A stretch of 64,000 bases of DNA from Octopus vulgaris. Taxonomy: Eukaryota. The stretch covers positions 114,762,001 through 114,826,000 of the forward strand of contig OX597820.1 of NCBI GenBank assembly GCA_951406725.2, read 5' to 3'. Each line of letters starts with the position of its first letter. Positions within the stretch are counted from its first letter, which is position 1. The position numbers and the translations under genes are program-made. The notes below the pieces were generated by a model. That model searched no databases and was not told where the DNA came from. It saw only the letters and a list, made by a program, of their open reading frames with translations. Below are positions 1 to 13,076 of the stretch, piece after piece.

Positions 1-280
1 CTGAACTTTGCCCAGCCTATTCTTATTCTGGCAGCTCTCAGAGCATCTATCTCCACTGCTGGCTTGCTCATCTAGATAAGAGAAACTTGTATGTATGTGT
101 GTGTGTGTGTGTATGTGCATGTGTGTATTATATTATATTGATAAGTTTGATAAGTGCCAATGCACAAAACTCTTGATCCTTGAGTGATTCTATAAGTTCT
201 ACTATTTATTAATAATGAAAAATACCCATGCTTTGAGTCCCAAATATATATATACATATTTCTTTACATCTTTCCATTAG

Positions 281-351
281 GGTACTGTTATTCGTGTATT
301 TTCTGTTCCTGATGGTCAAAAATTGTTTGAATTCCGGAGAGGAGTTAAACG
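281..351 (+). CDS. WIPI2: WIPI1/2 (Atg18) internal exon with the FRRG phosphoinositide-binding motif; upstream exons lie outside the window
   Basis: ttccattag|GGT...AAACG|gtaagc; translates GTVIRVFSVPDGQKLFEFRRGVKR, the hallmark PROPPIN segment; 71 nt, phase 0 to 2; absent from the ORF track. Confidence 0.96.
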
Positions 352-1269
352 GTAAGCAATAACAGATTTTCATATTGTAATGTCTTGAAGCTCCCATCTC
401 AGTATTTGACAATTAGCTAGTAGTACATAGCTAGTAGTACTTAGCTAGTAGTACAAAACTGTTAGACTTTTGAAGGTAATTATTATTTAAACTCTATTGT
501 TTCTCAAACCATTGTGATTACATTTCTAACGAGCAGTTTCTAATGAGTAATTTTTACTCTAATCAAGATTTTTAAGAGGTTTTAGGAAAATATTTTTTGT
601 TTATATATTAGTATTTATTATGTATCATGTTGACCAACTGAAATCTCATTTTCATTAATGCAAAATTTTGACTGATATTAATTTACATACAAACACTTTT
701 GTACTGGTGATCTCAGGTAATTTGGTATTCAAAAGATTAAAAGGGTTCTATTTTTAATCAACAAAAAATTAAAGAATAAAATTTTAAATGTGTTACTGTA
801 TAATTGAAACTGAAATGAAAGTTGATGTCGTTAAATAATCACACTTCACCATTTTCAGAGTTTCCCCAAATGTCATATGGGAAAATTGACCACAATTTAA
901 AAAAAAAATCAATATTAACCTTTATTTTACTATACTTTTGCTAAAATACTTGGTACCTTGGGCAAGTGTCTTCGACTATAGCCTCGGACCAACAAAGCCT
1001 TGTGAGTGGACTTAGTAGATGGAAACTGAAAGATGCCTGTCATCTATACATATATCTGTGTGCCTGTCCCACCACCACTTGGCAACCAGTGTTGGGATAT
1101 TTATGTTCCTGTAACTTAGCAGTTCAGGGCAAAAGAGACCAATAGAAGTACCAAGTTTATAAAAGAAAAAAAAGTATTAGTTTGACCAAAATTCCTTAAG
1201 GCAGTGCTCCAGCATGGTCACAGTGTCTAATGATTGAAACAGGATAGAAGAGAGACAGTGATGAGATGC

Positions 1270-1643
1270 CTCTGAGCGAGATATAAACAGTAGCAGTACA
1301 GAACCGTTACATGTATTTGTGTATTTGTCAACTAAGTGTGGCATCCTATACAGGCAATTTGCGAGTGGGATGAGCTTCCATCACTAGCTGGAGATTTACA
1401 CATGCTGAGGATGGATACCTACCCAAAAACTTGAGTTCTTATTTATCACGTAAGGCTAGAGATGGGAGCGATGACCTCTCCTTGCAAATACTAATCGAAC
1501 ACAGAATGTGTGTCGTTAGCCAGCTGGAGGAGATGTCATCCTGGGGCTATAAACATCAGTAGCCCTGTCCTGTATAGGACACCACACTTAGTTGGCAAAT
1601 ATGTTACAGTTCTGTACTGCTACTGTTTATATCTTGCTCAGAG
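1270..1643. mobile_element. MITE/foldback-like unit with ~75-85 bp inverted termini
   Basis: ctctgagcgagatataaacagtagcagtacagaac...tcctatacagg (1270-1354) is the near reverse complement of 1570-1643. Confidence 0.65.
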
Positions 1644-1699
1644 ATTTAATATAACATTCTCTCTCTTCTATATATCTATATCTCTATATATATATGTGT

Positions 1700-2423
1700 G
1701 AAGAGGTAGACCCAGGAAGACCTGGGATGAGGTGGTGAAGCATGACCTTCAAACATTAGGCCTCACCGAGGCAATGACTAGTGACTGAGACCTTTGGAAA
1801 TATGCTGTGTGTGAGAAGACCTGGCAAACCAAGTGAGGCTATAACCTTGTGGCCTATGCCAGGGGTGTAACCAGCCCACTTATGCATACCTTTTCTTCAT
1901 TGGACACTAAACTCTGCTTGCAAAGACCTGTTGAGGCGAGTGAAATCGAAATCAGAATCAAATTCGATGACTGGCACCCATGCTAGTGGAGCGCTAAGAG
2001 CACCATCCGAGCATGATCATTGCCTCAACAGCTGACTGGCTTCCGTGCTGGTTGCATGTAAAAAGCACCATTTGAGCGTGATCATTACCAGTGTCGCTTC
2101 ACTGGCACGTGAAAAAACATTTGAGTGAGGTTGTTACCAGTGCCGCTGGACTGGTTCCTGTGCAGGTGGCACATAAAAAATACCATTTGAGCATGGCCAT
2201 TGCCAGTACTGCCTAACTGGCTCTCATGCCGGTGGCACGTAAAAGCATCCTCTATATTCTCGGAGTGGTTTGGCGTTAGGAAGGGCATTCAGCTGTAGAA
2301 ACACTGCCAAATAAGATTGGAGCCAGGTGCAGCCATCTGGTTCGCCAGTCCTCAGTCAAATTGTTCAACCCATGCCAGCATGGAAAGCAGATGTTAAACA
2401 AATGAACGATGATCATGATGATG

Positions 2424-2425
<2 letters not shown>
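1700..2425 (+). mobile_element. RTE LINE 3' fragment (ORF end, 3' UTR, GAT tail)
   Basis: Similar to 32144-32774; encodes RGRPRKTWDEVVKHDL; ends gttaaac...gatgatgat. Confidence 0.88.
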
Positions 2426-2463
<38 letters not shown>

Positions 2464-2830
2464 CACACACACACGTATATACATGTGCGCGTGCACACAC
2501 ACATACATACATGTATATATATTTAATCATGTTAACAGAGTTATTTAATGAGAGTTTCAACTGATCACATCAATAGGATATTAAAGTGCCAGGAAAAGAG
2601 CCAATAGTTTATAATCCAAGGAAGAACTTCTATAGAACTGTGGCACTGACTTCAAATCAGTTCATGAGAGTAGCTTGGAAAATGGTGAACTTCATCAACC
2701 TGATTTGCACCCTTAGTTACATTTTGTGAGGTCAACATTTTGTGTTCCTACAACCCAATAACTTATGGCATTGTTCATTCAATGACAACAATAATTGTTT
2801 TTATTTTATTTTTCAATTTCTTTTCTCAAG

Positions 2831-2938
2831 GTGTGTCACTATTTATTCCTTGGCATTCAGCCCAGATTCTTTGTTTTTGGCTGCTTCTAGTAACACTGAA
2901 ACAGTCCATGTATTCAAATTAGAAACTATGAAAGACAA
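2831..2938 (+). CDS. WIPI2: WIPI1/2 exon (beta-propeller)
   Basis: ctcaag|G TGT...GAC AA|gtaagt; [36 protein letters not shown] matches WIPI2 CVSICSLAFS...[13 protein letters not shown]; phase fits previous exon. Confidence 0.96.
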
Positions 2939-5900
2939 GTAAGTTGGTGTTTTTTTTTTCTTTTTGTTGTTTTTAACATTTACATATGAAATTAAAAGAA
3001 CATTATTTTATTTCTCTCTTTTTAGCTACATTTGTCAACTCTGAAATAGGAAAATATACTTTTTAAGGAAATATTTATTTACATTTTTGAATAATCGGTC
3101 TTGATCTAGTAATGTATAAAAACAATGAAAACGTAAGACATGATTTGTGAGACTAATCACTTTCACTTATCATCTTAAAATTAATTACTGTAAGCAATTA
3201 ACTGAAGGTAGTCCCCCTCCTTGTTTAGGTCGCAGAATATGGAATTGTACAGTACAAAGTCTTTGAATTGTGTCCATGAGCAAAGAATTAATGCCTTCTC
3301 TCCCTATTTACCTAACTCATAACAGGTTGATATAGCACCTGACATGAAATATATCTCCTCCATTTAATTCACATAAATATGAAATAATTAGAACAGTAAA
3401 ATATACTGCCCTCATTAAATTATGTTGTATCATCATCACCATCATCATAGTTTTAGCACCCACTTTTTCATGTTTGCATGAGTCAGAGAGAATTCTTTGA
3501 GGCAGATTTTCTACGGCCAGATACTTTTCCAGTTACCAGCTCTCACTTGTTTCCAAGAAAGTTAATATTTTCCTATGTCCAGGTCGGTTTTCACAGAAGA
3601 TTGGAAACAATGACACTGCGACAATTGTTTACAACTGTCATTTGATGTCAAGGAAACTCAAACACACAAATGCACTTGTTTCTTTTAGTTTCAGTCAACC
3701 AAATCCACTCATTAAGCTTTGGTTGGCCTTGAGCTATAGTAGAAGACACTTGCCCAAGGTACTACACGGTGAGACTGAAATCAAAGGGATTTGTTTGGAG
3801 TGCAGATGTTTCGTCCAACACATCACGCAGTGGGACTAAATTCAAAACCATTTGTTTGAGAAACAAATGTCTTAACTACACAGCTCTGCCTGTACTTCCT
3901 ACATGTTCCCCATGTAAAAGTAAAATGACTGGGTAGACATAATGTTGATAAGTCTAGAGCCCAGATCTACTGCAGATGTGATTAGGTGCTGAGAATGAGT
4001 ACCAGTTCATCTGAGAGTATAACCTGTGATAGACAGATATTCTTTCTGGAGGAATACCACCAGCTTATCACCATGAAATCAGTGTTAAAGTATCAATCTT
4101 TCAGAATCTGTTGACATTTCTGAAACTATATTATCTTTTTAATTACCATATTTCTGCTGAAATACAATGCTTTTATTTCATTTAATTTGAAAGTAATGAA
4201 GAATTCTGTAAAATAACTTTGTCTTTATTAACCAGGAATATAAATTAACATAAAATTTTGATGGAAGTTTTAATATAGTTTACTTTGAATCAGGAAAATT
4301 TGTATCATTGAATTAGGGGTGTCTTAGGTATCAAAGGGGTCAATATTTGCTTTAAAATATATCCTATACAACTACACATTCTAAAACAATATATTGTGTT
4401 GAGTCAAAAGTTTTACAATATTTTGGTAATGTATATGCTTTATTCATGAAGTTACAACAAAATGACGACTCTGTTCAGAAGGCTGGAACAGATGTCATTC
4501 GATGAAGGAACACTGTACAATAAATTCATAGAACTAAGCTGTAACTTTTAAATGCTTTTACTCCAGGTCACAAATATATACAAGTTGAATAATCATGGTA
4601 ATTTTTCACAAGTGAAGGCCATGTTCAGCTCTTGTGTATTCTGCATCATAGTTACTCAATGTCAGTTAGCTGTTGCATGCGTTATGTAAGAGTTAACGAG
4701 GTCACATCTTCACACACTGCTGTCGCGATGACAGAGAGGAAGAGCTAAGTGCCGGAACCTTAGTTACATGTGCCATCTAGTGGCAAGCTATTTAGGCAGC
4801 TACCATCAGGGGAGGTAACTGTGCCTACACAGTCTTAGACTGGATTGAAGTATTTTTCCTACTATCCCTGTGCTATATATATATATATATATATTCAACT
4901 CGAGCTGATGTGAGCCAATAAAGAAGCCTCCATACGATCATTTGACTCTCTAGAACATCAGTCAAATCCACCTACTATCTTTAAAAAAAGCACAAAAAAA
5001 TATGCCAGTAAAAAAGATTGGTTGGTAATGGTTGGAATAAACGTTAAATTGATGTCAATGTAAAAAAATAAGTTCATAGGTTATGATTCTATGTAAACAA
5101 AGATGTCCTGCACCATACTAACAGTCATAACTAAACAATTCCAAACACTCACCTAAACAGACCCTGAATTCCAGCAAAAATAACACCGAAAGCTCTCTGT
5201 ACCACTATTATTATTTTCTTGTTGAAGTTTCATCTCCAATAACATTCTTTTCATACACAGTACAACAAATAACTAAGCGAAATCCAACCACAAACAACAC
5301 AAACAGCACACTTTCTAACATCACAGGCAGCATACAAACAATGCACCTTGCAATGTCACAAGCTGTGCATAAACAATGTGCCTCTCAAGAGGCTGCACAC
5401 AAACTATGCACCTTGCAATATCATGAGTTGCACTCAAGCAGTGCATCTTTACGCCATGCATAAACTGTGTGTCTTGCAGCAAACTGTATACAGTGTACTT
5501 TGCAACATCACATCTTGTACACAGACAATATACACTTCTAACATCCCAGGCTGCTCGAATCCCTAAACCTACAAGCCATCTACACAATAAGACAAAAATA
5601 TTCAAACTGAATGATAATCTAGAGACACAATTTGTTGCTGTAGCAAGTTCCTACCAACATGATTTCTGCCACTACATGAATCACCCAAAAAACACCCATA
5701 TATAACATAACCTAATATAAAAATTACGGAGATGTACTTGCATAGCAAGTGACTTGATCTGAGATTGTGTGCTGGAACGAAAACAATTGCAGTGTGGAAG
5801 GTGTTTATAAGCCATTTATGAAACACACAAAAACCATTAGATTCACTTCAACATTTAAATTTAATTTGTCAAAATATTTTTGTCGCTTTGAGACCGCGAC

Positions 5901-6793
5901 CTGTTTTTGACTCACCATACACTTCGTTAATTGGTGATGAATTTCAGTTTAATGCATTTTGCATTCAAAAACCAAATAATTGCTCAAACTTCACACTTGG
6001 TGGTAGCATCAGATACGACTGCCAAGCCAAGACTGAGCGTGGCAGTGAGCTACACACAGGCACATGCACAACAAACACAGCAGTGTTGCCAATAAATGCA
6101 TGCAGTTTCCCTATATCTCCAGTGCTTTGGGGACCTTCCTTTTGGGATTACCCTCGTGTGTATATATATATATATATAATAATATGAGAAAAACAGCACC
6201 ATGATGCAATTCACTCTGCTAGAGATTTGGAAACAACATGCTGTACTGTTTGGCATTTGTGCTGGAAACTCCAATACAAACATTTCAGAGTGTTTGGGTG
6301 TCATTCTGAGGACAGTGCAGTCTGAGGACATGTACCAAGAGTGATAAAAATCAAACATCCGATCAACTTCATAGTGTTTGAAGTGATCACTAGTGATGGC
6401 AAACTTACAGGGAAAAATTCAATTTAGTATTAAATCAAATTTGACAATATAAATATATAATGTATAAATTAGAGAAAACCGCTATTATGTAATTCAAACA
6501 ATGATAGACGTAAATCATACCATACAGAAAAAAGTATAGTGACTATACTTTTAAATTGGATTGTTTTTGGATCGATTAAATTTAAATTTAATTGTAATTC
6601 AAATTGAAGATATAGCCATGAAACGTACATAGTCTATTAATTATATACTGTTTATTATCATGTACTTTTTGTTATCTAGGTAAAATTTTTTATCATATAT
6701 TTTATTTTTTCTGTATGGTATGATTTATGTCTATCATTGTTTGAATTACATAATAGTGGTTTTCCTCTAATTTATATACATATATATTACATA

Positions 6794-7782
6794 CAGGGTG
6801 TGGTGACTAAACTGTTGTGTAAATTATGCAGAATTGAAAATAACACTGTCATCTCATTTTAACAGATATATTTACCAAAAATATTCCAAAAGTTTAGTTT
6901 GTAGAATGTATTCTTATATAGAGTCATACTGATATTTGTGTGTACATGTTCATGTGTCAAAGACATGTGAACATATATGCATAAGTGCATACGCACCTAA
7001 TTACATAAAAATATGTTGAAATACTAAGGAGTAATTTATTCAATACAATCACCATTGGCTTCAACCACAGCCTCCAGACAACTTAGGAATCTCCTGCAAC
7101 TCTTTTTGGTGGTCTCCTTGTTTAAGTTATTGAATGCTGCCATAATCCTTGCCTTTAGTTCATCTTTGGTGTTACAAGGAGTTTTGTTGGTGTCTTGCTC
7201 AACTGCACCCCACACATAATAATCAAGCGGGGTTGCAGTCTGGGAAGTTAGATCGGTGGTGTGGTCGCAGAAATTGTCTGACGGCCATGACTGGGTTCTC
7301 CTGCTTGTGTGGCATGGTGCAGAGTCCTGTTGTCAGATGCAGGTTTTCCAGCAGCCACCCTCTTGGCCCAGGGCAGCACTACTTCCTCCAGGCACATGAT
7401 GTAGGCCACAGTTTTGAGTCTGAGGCCGTGTGGGAAGATGAATAGAGGCATAACTTTGCCATCACTAGTGATCACTTCAAACACTATGAAGTTGATCGCA
7501 TGTTTGATTTTTATCACTCTTGGTACATGTCCTCAGACTGCACTGTCCTCAGATTCACAACCAAACACTCTGAAATGTTCATATTGGAGTTTCCAGCACA
7601 AATGCCAAACAGTACAGCATGTTGTTTCCAAATTTCTAGCAGAGTGAATTGCATCATGGTGCTGTTTTTCTCTCAGACTGTGCCCAACTGACCCTACTAT
7701 AGTTTGTAGTTGACAAAATCAAAAACAAACAATGCACACACACGAAAGTAAAAATATAAAATGGCAACAGTTTACACATTGC

Positions 7783-7788
<6 letters not shown>
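6794..7788 (-). mobile_element. Internally deleted Tc1/mariner-superfamily transposon
   Basis: TA-flanked imperfect TIRs (cagggtgtggtgactaaactgttg / caacagtttacacattgcaccct); decayed DDE pieces VFEVITSDGKVMPLFIFPHGL and QQDSAPCHTSRRTQ. Confidence 0.82.
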
Positions 7789-7837
<49 letters not shown>

Positions 7838-8359
7838 TTAATAAGGGTGATAGAATTAGATACTAATTTAATAGTAACGCTATTCAACACCGAGTGGCCC
7901 AGTGCATACAGAAACCTGGATTATTATCACCTGTTATATATAAATAAATATGGACCACATAGTGACCACTCTCTTATATTTATATATATATATATATATG
8001 TTGCTTATTTTGAGTATATATATTCAAATATGAATTACAAGCAGCATGAGTGTTGTAAACATTATTTAACACATATAGACAATGTATGTGCTTTGCTTTT
8101 TGCTGGTCAGCTGCAATTTGACTCAAGGAAGATTACTCTCTCATACCACCAGGTGTTAGAACACCTAAAAGTCATAGTCATAGACAGGTGAGATAACTCA
8201 CACCAAGTCCCATCCAGGCACAACGGGTATTGATGCAGCCATTTCACAGAGTAATCTCCATTGCATCAAATCGCAGCCAACCGTCAAACAAAGAACATAC
8301 ATTGTATACATGTCTTCAATCATGTTTACAGCACTTGTACTGCTTTTAATTCATACTTC

Positions 8360-9190
8360 CAGAGATCCCTGGCCTAGCAGTGCTATCGAGAAGCGCTACC
8401 CGTTCGGGATAAGCAATAACAGGCATGGCTCGAGGAACATGGGGCTGACCTGCCTGAGATGTGGTCAGAGCAATGAAACTGTTCTGCATGCACTCATACA
8501 GTGTCCAACCATTTGCAACCTGTGGGCCTGTGTCGAACAACTGCTATCGTGTCTGGGAGAAGTTAGTTTATCAACTAAATCTATCGTGAATATTGTCATG
8601 CCTATTTCCTTGAAACGGGAAGGAAGAGCCATCTTCATCGTAGTTGTGTCTATGGTGAAAGAATGTGTATGGTGGACGCATCTGAAAGGTCTAGAGACAA
8701 ACACTTTCCTCTCTGGTCAATCTCTTATCAACTTCTTCAAGTATTACTTGAATAGGAAGGTGAGAGTAAAGAGGCAAGTTTTGTCTAGTGAATGTTTAAA
8801 AAAAAGATGGGTGAATGTAGCATGGATGGCACGTGTGAATGATGAAGCCACCTTGAGCCTAATCCTATGAACCCAAAAAAGAAGGGAGAAAAGAGAGTCA
8901 CTTACTGTAATGCATTTTTTTGCATGACATTATTGCCTGAGGTTACCGTGGTTTTTTCCGTAGGCTTTTCTTTCCATGGATAAACCTAATATGTTTCCCC
9001 TTTTTACACTATGACATTTCTGTGATATATGATCCCTATTGATCGGCCTTTTTTTGATTTTTTTTGTTAACGATCCCTTTTGATCAAATTTCTTCCTCCA
9101 CCTTTTTCTTTTCCTTCTCTTCCCAAAAAGAAAAGCTCTACTTTGTATTTTGTCCCCTCTGTGTTTAGCCCTGTGTGGCCAATAAAGAAA
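8360..9190 (+). mobile_element. L1/Tx1-clade LINE 3' fragment (ORF2 C-terminal zinc finger plus 3' UTR)
   Basis: CLRCGQSNETVLHALIQCP...W (CCHC finger typical of L1/Tx1 ORF2 end), T-rich UTR ending aataaagaaa. Confidence 0.82.
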
Positions 9191-10451
9191 CATAATTCAT
9201 GCTTGAATTTATGCTTATATACACATTGTTCAAGCATACCAGCTGATAGTTTTTACATCATTTTACATATAGTCATGGACAGGCTATCCAATTTGCCCAC
9301 AATCTGATTCAAATACATGATGTTAATAAGTCACAAAAATAGCAAAACATCAATGTCCATCACCCCTAAATAGGACTTGGGAAGAGAAGGAAAAGAAAAA
9401 GGTGGAGGAAGAAATTCGATCAAAAGGGATCGTTAACAAAAAAAATTTAAAAAAGGCCGATCAATAGGGATCATATATCACAGATATGTCATATTGTAAA
9501 AAGGGGAGACATATTAGGTTTATCCAGGGAAAGAAAAGCCTACGGAAAAGACCACGGTAACCTCGGGCAATTGTGTTTGATAATATGCATAGATATGTGT
9601 GTGTGTGTGCTTACCATCTTTGTTTTCCGTCTTCTTTTCCATGCTGACATAAGGTAGATTAGTTTTTTGATGAGAACAAATTTTGTAGTCATCTCTCAGA
9701 ATATGCAGGGACATGATGTACCTATTCTAGTACCAGGATACCCATGGTATTACATACAAACTTTAAAATTATATGTACAGGCCAATATTATAACTAAAAA
9801 AAATTCGGTAAAAATATTCCAAAAGTTTAGTTTGTAGAATGTATTCTTATAGAGAGTCATACTGATATTTGTGTGTACATGTTCAAGTGTCAAAGACATG
9901 TGAACATGTATGTATAAGTGCATATGCACCTAATGTAGCAACCATGTCAGCATCAATATTCTAGAGGACTAAACACTTTTTCTGCAGGTGCTTGATAACA
10001 CTATGGTGCCAAATTTTGTCCATTTTCAAGAGAAGTTGCTACTAGTTACTTTTGAAATCCTCTTTGAACAGTCAGATGTCAGTTTATCTGGAAAGAAACA
10101 ATGCAGTTATTAATAAGAAGAGCTAAAAATTAATGCATGCAAAATTTCACACCTCTTGCATTACTCCTTCATAGTCAGCCTATGAACTTTTCAGCCTACC
10201 CTCATATATACATATGTCTCTATTTAGTTCTATGGTTCAAATACACATACATATGTCACTAGTCAGTTCGTGTTGTCTAAATTCCAGTGAGGTTGCTTTG
10301 TTTCTTGATTGGTGGCCATATTTTTCTATATTAGGAAAATCTGAAGAATTTAATCAGTCATGCATGTGGGATTTTTTTTTTTTTACTTTTGTTTAAATGT
10401 ACATGTGTCATTAAGCTCATGGTATTTTATTTGATTTTATGTAACTTACAG

Positions 10452-10616
10452 ACCTCCTGAAGACAGCCAAGGTTGGATGGGCTATTTTGGTCAAGCCCTT
10501 AAAACTTCAGCCAATTACTTGCCTACCCAGGTATCAGAGATGTTTAACCAGGGTCGGTCATTTGCTACTGCCCGCTTGCCCACAACTGGTCTTAAAAATG
10601 TCTGTGCTTTAACAGT
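10452..10616 (+). CDS. WIPI2: WIPI1/2 exon (membrane-inserting loop region)
   Basis: ttacag|A CCT...ACA GT|gtaagt; [54 protein letters not shown] resembles WIPI2 [31 protein letters not shown]. Confidence 0.96.
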
Positions 10617-10842
10617 GTAAGTACATATTTTTTCCTTTATTTTACACTTTTCTCTCTGCAAGCAGACCCCTTACTGGAAAATGCATAGACTTTGCTTTAA
10701 ATCTTATTTAGCAAAAAAAAAAAAAAATGTTTAACTGAGGCCACATAACAAATTCTTTTCAAGCCAAAGCAGCAAACAACAGCTGAATTTCTAACCGTTC
10801 TGAAGCCAGCTGTCCACAGACATGCAACCAGATGAATACTTA

Positions 10843-11074
10843 TTTCTTTACTACTCACACGGGGCTAAACACAGAGGGGACAAACAAGGACAAACAAACG
10901 GATTTAGTCGATTACATCAACCCCAGTGCATAACTGGTACTTAATTTATCGACCCTGAAAGGATGAAAGGCAAAGTCGACCTTGGCGGAATTTGAACTCA
11001 GAACGTAATTGTAGACAAAATATGGCTACACATTTCGCCCGGTGTGCTAATGTTTCTGCCAGTTCACCACCTTA
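10843..11074 (-). mobile_element. tRNA-derived SINE family B (core gtcgactttgcctttcatcctttc...ggtcgataaattaagtacc)
   Basis: Same head/core as copies at 30299-30532, 33272-33490, 37850-38045, 56732-56932, 59395-59620, 59635-59868; core resembles the Meta/MESC SINE domain (from memory). Confidence 0.85.
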
Positions 11075-12859
11075 TGAATACCTTCTATCTGTCACCATAT
11101 CTTGAGTGTTTTGCTTCTCTTGGTATTGACACACTAAAATTTCGATGATTAGCACCTGCCTTGTTAGAAGTCTACAAGATTATCTACCAGCAAAAACTTT
11201 AGCCACTCTTTGGAATTCGGTATCTCTATCGTTCATGGTATCACATCCATGACTTTCAGAAATATTTGCACAACAGAATTCTTGAAATATGGTATGAACT
11301 TCCTACATCAGCTGTTAGCTCCCAAGACACTGCACCTGTCAAAATTTTATGCTTCCTAAATTTCAATGCTGCCCTGATATGTCTATGCACCCATTCCCCT
11401 TTAGGGTTCCTTTACTGTTCATTTTTCCCTCATGTTATATTCTGTGTGTTAACTTTCAATATTGTCTTTCTTTACTTGACTTATGTATGCCCTCTGTCCC
11501 TACTTTTTTTCCCCAGTGATTTGAAATGTTCTGGAGCACTATATACAATAAGCTTATCATTATTAATACTTCTAGCAGAAAGACTGCCCTCCAGGTGGTT
11601 TTCTGCTAGCCCCTTGATAATATTTTCACATTTGATTCCCTATTCTAATAATTTTTATGATGTTTTACGTCTAATTATTTCTTTGTATAATAGTACTCAC
11701 TTGCTTAGTAAGTAATGCTTTCATTATTTTATCACAGTCATAATCTCTTTTTTAAACAAACATCACAGTAGTCCAACAACAGAGGGAGAAGCTGTTTGTC
11801 AAGTTTTACCTTCCCCTCAAAGCAACATAGAGATTTCAATTCAGCAGCCCATCTGTAAGCTTTGCGGTGTATTCATGTGGGAGAGAGAGAGAGAAAACAT
11901 AGCAAACAATGAATGAAATAAACATGAAATGAAAAAAAAATCATATAAATAAAAAGGCATTACTACAGATGTATACGTCCCCGACTTTGTTGCCTCGTAA
12001 CATCCAGAAAAATGGATACTTTTTAACAAAAGTTTCTACAAATACCACTTAGAGTATATAAGGGATTTATGGGAAAGAATTTTTCCGGAAGGGTGGAGAG
12101 TGGAGTTTCGGAAAATTCACATGATCTGACTTTTTCCTTCATAGCTTTCAGGAAAATGGGTATATTTTAATGAAAGTTTCTATTAACCCCTTTCAAATGG
12201 CATAGATTATGATTATAAAGAAATTTGTGGGGAAAATTTTTATGGGGATTTTTCCCATTTTTTTAAACCACAACCCTCGAAATGATGGGGTTGGTGGGTG
12301 GGCATCTTTGTATGAAAATAGTTTTGAAAATACTTTTTTTTTTACACCTCCCCCTCTGTCATCATCTCACTCTGGATCTATTTTGGCCTTTTTTTTGTAC
12401 TTCAAAATGATGGGAAGAGCATTTTTGGTGAAAAAAAAAAATTTTCAGAGGGGAAAAGTTAGTGATTTAAGGGTGATTTGGCTGTTGTTTCTAACACATC
12501 GAAAGAAAACCCTCTTTGTTTCATTATCACTCTCACATGTATTGATGTTTTTCAGTATTTTCCCCCCATAAATACATTTAACTATATATATAAAACAAAA
12601 GATGTCTGTGTGTGTAATGTATATGCATTTCTCCAGTTTTCAACCAAATTTTACCAAACTTTACAAACGCATTAGTGGTCATGCACTATAATTTTTTGCT
12701 TAGAGCTCCTGCATAAAGTGAGAAATCAGGAACAAAGGTGTTTAAGAGGGGTTTTTCTCTAAAAACTGCAGTTTTCAACTGATTCTCTCCCTTTTCTCAT
12801 TCTGTTTCTCTTGCTTACATATATTCTTTGTCACCCTCTGTAATAGTTCCTCTCTTCAG

Positions 12860-13076
12860 TCAGTCTTCTTTCCTTCTCTCTCTTTCTTTCCTTCTTTCCT
12901 GTCTGCCTTCTTTTTTCTTTCTTTCCTTCCTTTCTTTTTCTCCCTCCTCTTTCTTTCCTTCTTTCTTTTGTTCTTTCTTTCTCCCACTTTCTTTCATTCT
13001 TTCCTTTCTTTCTCCCTCCTTTCTTTCTTTCTCTTTCTTTCTTCCTTTCTTTCTTTCTTTTTGTCTGTCTGTCTGT
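12860..13076. repeat. (CTTT)n-type low-complexity microsatellite
   Basis: Pyrimidine-only tract; source of the spurious F/L/S ORF 12828-13190. Confidence 0.9.

Noticed and set aside
11890-12790. Possible Helitron-like non-autonomous element
   Set aside because: Looks repeat-derived but no termini or coding motifs could be established by eye
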